Source of the DNA: an uncultured bacterium | GTDB lineage: Bacteria > Babelota > Babeliae > Babelales > Babelaceae | DNA length: 64,000 nt | NCBI GenBank assembly: GCA_963713855.1 | Contig: OY970209.1 | Location: forward strand, 1,248,001 to 1,312,000 | Reading direction: 5' to 3' | Shown here: piece after piece, positions 59,651 to 64,000 of the stretch | Numbering within the stretch: position 1 is the stretch's first letter | Layout of the letters: each line of letters begins with the position of its first letter | The notes under the pieces: generated by a model | The model's input: the letters and a program-made list of their open reading frames with translations, nothing else | The model's database searches: none | What the model was told of the DNA's origin: nothing | Position numbers and translations under genes: made by a program

Positions 59651-60217
59651 ATGAAAAAACTGTATCTATGGGCTCGCCAAAAAGTACATAGCCCTTATGC
59701 ACTTCCCATTTTTACGCTTCTTGTATTTGTTGAAGGATTTCTGTTCATGCCTGTCAACACGCTTCTTTTCATTTACGGCGTAGAGTGGCCTGAGCGTGTA
59801 TGGACTTATGCTCGACTTGCATGGATCGCCTCTATTTTAGGGGGAATAACTGCTTATGGCATAGGCTCGTTGTTGCCTTACTGCGGCGCTGAAAAACTGC
59901 TCTGTTATCTTTTTTCGCCCGAAAGCCTTGCCTCCTTTGGCGCTCAATATTGTCAAAAAGGGGCTTATATCGCTTTTATGTATGGTTTATTACCTCTACC
60001 CTATAAGATTATTACCATTTCAGCAGGTTTTTTCCATGTTCCATTTATCCCTTTTGTGCTAAGCATCGCTGCTGCACGAGCTATACGGTTTTTTGGAATA
60101 GGTTTAGCCCTTTCGCTGTGGGGCAAGCAATTGCAACAAATTATTGATCGTCATTTTGCTCTCTGTGTATTCTTGGTCATTGTAACCATAATACTGATGC
60201 TCAAATTCTCACTCTAA
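59651..60217 (+). CDS. YqaA/DedA (VTT) family membrane protein
   Basis: F.E..L..P, ASILGG...Y.IG, PLPYKI.TISAG, RAIRF. Confidence 0.85.
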   Translation: MKKLYLWARQKVHSPYALPIFTLLVFVEGFLFMPVNTLLFIYGVEWPERVWTYARLAWIASILGGITAYGIGSLLPYCGAEKLLCYLFSPESLASFGAQYCQKGAYIAFMYGLLPLPYKIITISAGFFHVPFIPFVLSIAAARAIRFFGIGLALSLWGKQLQQIIDRHFALCVFLVIVTIILMLKFSL

Positions 60218-60218
60218 T

Positions 60219-61571
60219 GTGCTTGGAGAATGCGTGTTTCACCTTCCATCTATCGAACTTACTCCCGGACGCACGATAGTACTTTCTCTTTTAGGTACTA
60301 TATCCATCGGAGTAGCTCTCTTGTCGCTACCATTCGCTCATAAGACGAGTGTTGCTTTTTTAGATGTGCTCTTTACCGCTGTATCCTCAACATGCGGCAC
60401 AGGACTTTTGACCGTACCTCTTCAATCATTCTCTCTCTTTGGACAATTTATTATTTTAGCTCTTATACAGATCGGGGGGCTTGGTATAATCACTTTAAGC
60501 CTTTTTTTGGTTTCTTTTTTTATCGATATCGGGTTAGGAACTCAGTTTTTGGCAGGAAGGATGTTCGAGATCGAGGGAACACGCCCTGTCCGCCGCCTTA
60601 TTAAATTTATTGTTCTTTGCACACTCAGCATCGAAGCTCTTGGAGCGTTCTGCATTTGGCTATCTGTGCCGGCCGGACACACTCAGGGACATCCGCTCTT
60701 TTATGCTTGGTTTCACGCTATATCCTCATTTTGTAATGCAGGTATTAGCACCTTTCCTTTTGAGCTCGACATTTTTCGAAACAATCTCGCGCTCCTTTTT
60801 GTAACTTCGCTTCTCGTTACTATAGGCGGTTTAGGATTTATTAGTTTGAGAGAATTGATAACACGCTATGATCCCTTACATCACGATAGGCGCTTACATC
60901 TATCATTGAACACTAAAGTGATTTTAACAACAACTTTATGCATCATCGCTGTAGGCTTCGTATTATTATGGGTTTTAGAACGTACGCATTCATTTTCAGG
61001 TGCTCCAACCTTAACAGCTGCAGTAAATATGCTGTTTAATGTAACGTGTGGCAGAAGCGCAGGATTTACTACATTTGATATGCCACTTATTCGTTCATCG
61101 ACACTCTTTGTTATCATCGTACTCTGCTTTATAGGTTCTTCTCCAGGATCCACGGGTAGCGGTATTAAAACGACTACTTTTGCCCTTCTTTTAGCAACTA
61201 TTAGAACTGTTATTACGGGAAGAAGAACGGTCGAATTAAAAAAGCGTACGATACCTAATGAGCACGTTTTTAAGGCTCTTTCAATACTTGCTCTCAGCTT
61301 AACGTGGATTGCTCTTGGCTTTTTTGTGCTACTCATTTCTGAAGAAAAGTGGGGTTTTTCAGACATCATGTTTGAAGCTTTTTCTGCATTCGCCAATATG
61401 GGTCTATCGACGGGCTTAACACCCTACTTATCAAAAGTTGGTAAATTCGTTATTATATTACTTATGATTATCGGAAGAATTGGTTCATTAACACTTATTC
61501 TTGCACTTAAAAGACGCAAGGAAAGCCCAGCTGATATACGCTACCCTGAAGAACGAATCGCACTCAGCTAA
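60219..61571 (+). CDS. ktrB: Ktr/Trk potassium uptake membrane subunit
   Basis: FTAVS..C.TGL, IQIGGLG, FHAISSFCNAG, RSAGF, GSTGSGIKTTT, FEAFSAF...GLSTG, GRIG.LT. Confidence 0.9.
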   Translation: MLGECVFHLPSIELTPGRTIVLSLLGTISIGVALLSLPFAHKTSVAFLDVLFTAVSSTCGTGLLTVPLQSFSLFGQFIILALIQIGGLGIITLSLFLVSFFIDIGLGTQFLAGRMFEIEGTRPVRRLIKFIVLCTLSIEALGAFCIWLSVPAGHTQGHPLFYAWFHAISSFCNAGISTFPFELDIFRNNLALLFVTSLLVTIGGLGFISLRELITRYDPLHHDRRLHLSLNTKVILTTTLCIIAVGFVLLWVLERTHSFSGAPTLTAAVNMLFNVTCGRSAGFTTFDMPLIRSSTLFVIIVLCFIGSSPGSTGSGIKTTTFALLLATIRTVITGRRTVELKKRTIPNEHVFKALSILALSLTWIALGFFVLLISEEKWGFSDIMFEAFSAFANMGLSTGLTPYLSKVGKFVIILLMIIGRIGSLTLILALKRRKESPADIRYPEERIALS

Positions 61572-61596
61572 GTAAATCAATAGGAATAACAATAGT

Positions 61597-62238
61597 ATGA
61601 AGTTTTGTGTCATTGGCGTCGGCCGCTTTGGTTTTCAGGTTGCTGTTACGCTTGCAGATAACGGGATGGAAGTCCTAGCTGTAGATAGTAATGAAAGTAT
61701 GATTGCTTCACTGCGCGACCGCGTAACTCAAGCCATCTGCATGCGTGTTGCAGATGAGGCTGCCCTTCGCACTATTGGCATTGAAGAAATGGATACGGTC
61801 GTTGTTGCCATGGGCGAGAATTTTGCTCAGTCAATCCTGGTTACAGCACTGTTAAAACAAAAGTTACACGTCCCTCGCGTTATTGCAAGAGCGGTTAACG
61901 AGCTTCACAGAGATGTGCTAACACTTGTTGGCGCTGATCGCGTTGTTCTGCCCGAGCAGGAGATGGGCGAGCGCCTTGCTGCCAACCTAAGCCTTCCTTT
62001 CAACGTTGTAGCTTCATTAGCTCCAGGATATGCTATCAGTCAACAAACGGTGCCAGAAAGGTTTATAAAAAAATCTTTCCAATCTATACGTCTTCAAGAA
62101 AACTTTAACGTGCAATGCCTTGGCCTTAAAGTTGAAGACACAATCGCGCCCGTAGAGCCAGATTATATCTTTCAAGAAGGCGATCTCTTGCTGCTTTCAG
62201 GTGCGCACAAAGATCTCGCACGAATGGCTCAACTATAA
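61597..62238 (+). CDS. ktrA: Ktr/Trk potassium uptake RCK subunit
   Basis: VIGVGRFG, VLAVD, GADRVVLPE.EMG. Confidence 0.9.
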   Translation: MKFCVIGVGRFGFQVAVTLADNGMEVLAVDSNESMIASLRDRVTQAICMRVADEAALRTIGIEEMDTVVVAMGENFAQSILVTALLKQKLHVPRVIARAVNELHRDVLTLVGADRVVLPEQEMGERLAANLSLPFNVVASLAPGYAISQQTVPERFIKKSFQSIRLQENFNVQCLGLKVEDTIAPVEPDYIFQEGDLLLLSGAHKDLARMAQL

Positions 62239-62245
62239 CGTTCTA

Positions 62246-62518
62246 ATGAGCACTAAAAATGAGCAGTCTCGTATTACACGTTCCAGCCGATATTCATAAG
62301 AAGTTTAAATCCAAGGCTGCGGCCAAAGAAAAAGTATGAGAGCCATTGTTGCAAGCTTGATAAAAGAATATACCAGTGTTAATTCCCCACAAGAGAAATG
62401 CTCTAGAGCTCACATTCCCAATGAGAGATTAAGCAAAGCTATCGAAAATGTTGAAAGCGGTAAAAATCTTGTTAGAACAAAAGACGTCAAGGATCTCCTT
62501 AAAAAGCTGAAAGCATAG
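62246..62518 (+). pseudogene. Frameshifted RHH/RelB-DinJ-like antitoxin
   Basis: MSTKNEQSRIT / VPADIHKKFKSKAAAK / MRAIVASLI...HIPNERLSKAIEN...DLLKKL, separated by two frameshifts. Confidence 0.65.
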
Positions 62519-62677
62519 TGCTACATGCTATTTTGAGAGAAACTTTAAAAGGAGGTTATAAAAAAAGCCTTAAAGCGAGGCTAAAATCTTTTTAAGATTT
62601 GGTTACTCATTTATAAAAAGAGTTATATGGAACTGATTTTGATCGATACCGGAACTCACTCAGATCTATTCAAATAA
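62519..62677 (+). pseudogene. YafQ/RelE-family toxin remnant
   Basis: WLLIYKKSYMELILIDTGTHSDLFK* (62600-62677) is the YafQ C-terminal signature; KKALKRG-like N-terminal trace upstream; middle deleted. Confidence 0.75.
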
Positions 62678-62766
62678 TTAATAGAAGATATAAGAAGAGC
62701 TACGCTGCTAGCTATTTAAAACTAAAGCAGCGCAAGGGCGCTATTTGAGGATCCTTGCGCCCTATT

Positions 62767-63108
62767 TTAAACAGCTATAAAACGAATCACAGAAACTGGC
62801 TGACGGTGACCGGCTTTACGCTTATATTTCTTACGACGCTTAAATTTAAAAACGATTATTTTAGGTCCACGCTCATGTTTGACGATAGACGCTTTTACCG
62901 GTGTTTTAAGGAATGGTTGACCAACCTCAATAACTGCTTTTCCAGCTGGATCGAGCGATTTACGAAGCAACACTTCTTCAAACACAATCTCTTGTCCAGG
63001 TTGTGCATTTAGTTTTTCAACCTCGATCGTTTTGCCGAGGATTGCTTGATATTGCTTTCCACCAGTCTTAAAAATAGCGTAAGAGTCGGCCGTTGTACTT
63101 TGTGCCAT
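62767..63108 (-). CDS. rplU: 50S ribosomal protein L21
   Basis: YAIFKTGGKQY, KIIVFKFKRRKKYKRKAGHRQ. Confidence 0.96.
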   Translation of the reverse strand: MAQSTTADSYAIFKTGGKQYQAILGKTIEVEKLNAQPGQEIVFEEVLLRKSLDPAGKAVIEVGQPFLKTPVKASIVKHERGPKIIVFKFKRRKKYKRKAGHRQPVSVIRFIAV

Positions 63109-63345
63109 GGAATATATTCCTTCGAAAGACGTATCAAATGAAACTTATTTTGCAAAAAAGCCCCTCCACAAAGCATACGCTTTGCCCAGGAAAAATCTAT
63201 AGGCAGATAAAGAGCTTTATGCCAAGGTTCCTTTCAAGATATCATAAACTCCTACTTCTGACAAATTAAAGCTCCGCGACACTGGACAAAAAACTCAAAT
63301 ACAATTATTCTCAATTGTATCATACGTAACTTTAGGAAAGTCATC

Positions 63346-64000
63346 ATGAAAGCATTCTTTACGATCCTTGCCTTGACCCATATAAGCCTAGCTCTTGGTT
63401 ACGGTTTTCCAGCCGGCACCCTTATAAGGACTACCAAAGCCCTCAAGCCTATAGAAATGATTACCCTCGACGATCGAGCAGAGTATTGTGAACCAGATAG
63501 TGTTGTAGATAACGCGCGGGTAATGAATGCGTTTAAAGTGCCACCGCAAAGATCTACAGAATTTAAGCTTGAGGGAGGCGCCTCATTTGAAGCTGCTAGC
63601 GATCATTTACTTCTCGTGGAGCGTGCAGATCACACCGGATGGCAAAGAGCCGATTCGATAAATGCTGGAGATAAGCTTATTGGCTGTGACACACAGGTGA
63701 AGGTCATTGAAAAAAGAAATTGGAAGAACCAAGATAATTTTTACGGACTATCTGCAAGTGGTCCTTCCTATTTTAACGTCGGCCCTTTTGGTATTTATGC
63801 CAACAATATGATCCAATCTGACTATGGTGACCTTCAAGAAGACATAGACAAAGCAAAAACCTCAACCGCTAAATATGCAGGGGCGCTCTTAGGCCTTTTC
63901 TTGCCAGAACTTTGTATGATGCTCTCCAAAAAGCATACTCCTCTATCGTTAAGATTGTTCATTGACGCGATTGGCGTAGCAATTGGGGCCGGGCTTTCTC
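63346..64000 (+). CDS. Signal peptide plus Hint-domain protein (3' truncated by window edge)
   Basis: Manual translation MKAFFTILALTHISLALGYGFPAGTLIRT...KPIE...AASDH...WQRADSINAGD...FYGLS...YFNVG..GIYANN|MIQ..., open to 64000; AGGA RBS. Confidence 0.75.
   Translation, partial: MKAFFTILALTHISLALGYGFPAGTLIRTTKALKPIEMITLDDRAEYCEPDSVVDNARVMNAFKVPPQRSTEFKLEGGASFEAASDHLLLVERADHTGWQRADSINAGDKLIGCDTQVKVIEKRNWKNQDNFYGLSASGPSYFNVGPFGIYANNMIQSDYGDLQEDIDKAKTSTAKYAGALLGLFLPELCMMLSKKHTPLSLRLFIDAIGVAIGAGLS

Overview
AT-rich bacterial chromosomal window with no phage, CRISPR array, rRNA or transposase detected. Housekeeping genes (ileS, murD-ftsW, nadK, NIF3, pepA, pyrG, trxB-thioredoxin fusion, rpiB, lolC/E-like, dnaA, two tRNA-Arg, tlyA, htrA-like, single-chain glyS, ktrBA, rplU) are interspersed with many lineage-specific proteins carrying signal peptides, ankyrin-like repeats or hydrophobic hairpins. 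This gene content suggests an intracellular symbiont or parasite of protists such as Candidatus Dependentiae/Babelota (TM6); that assignment is inference, not proven. Highlights: (1) a minimal polymorphic toxin locus at 17.2-19.6 kb, built as signal peptide, Cys-less Hint domain, hydrophobic segment and an Ntox21/CdiA-CT(ECL)-like rRNase, followed by a CdiI(ECL)-like immunity gene and orphan immunity-like genes, with no delivery stalk. (2) A second signal-peptide/Hint gene at 63346 that is missing from the ORF track. (3) A ~260-nt non-coding element at 874-1134 made almost entirely of perfect hairpins inside a 13-bp closing stem. (4) A five-gene tandem paralog array with Inc-like hydrophobic hairpins. 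(5) A 1951-aa repeat protein, two divergent kinase-like proteins, a clan-CD-like protease candidate and a secreted protein ending in KDEL. (6) Several decayed loci: YhcG, a RelB/YafQ-like pair, and split htrA fragments. Family calls come from motif recognition only; no database searches were run.
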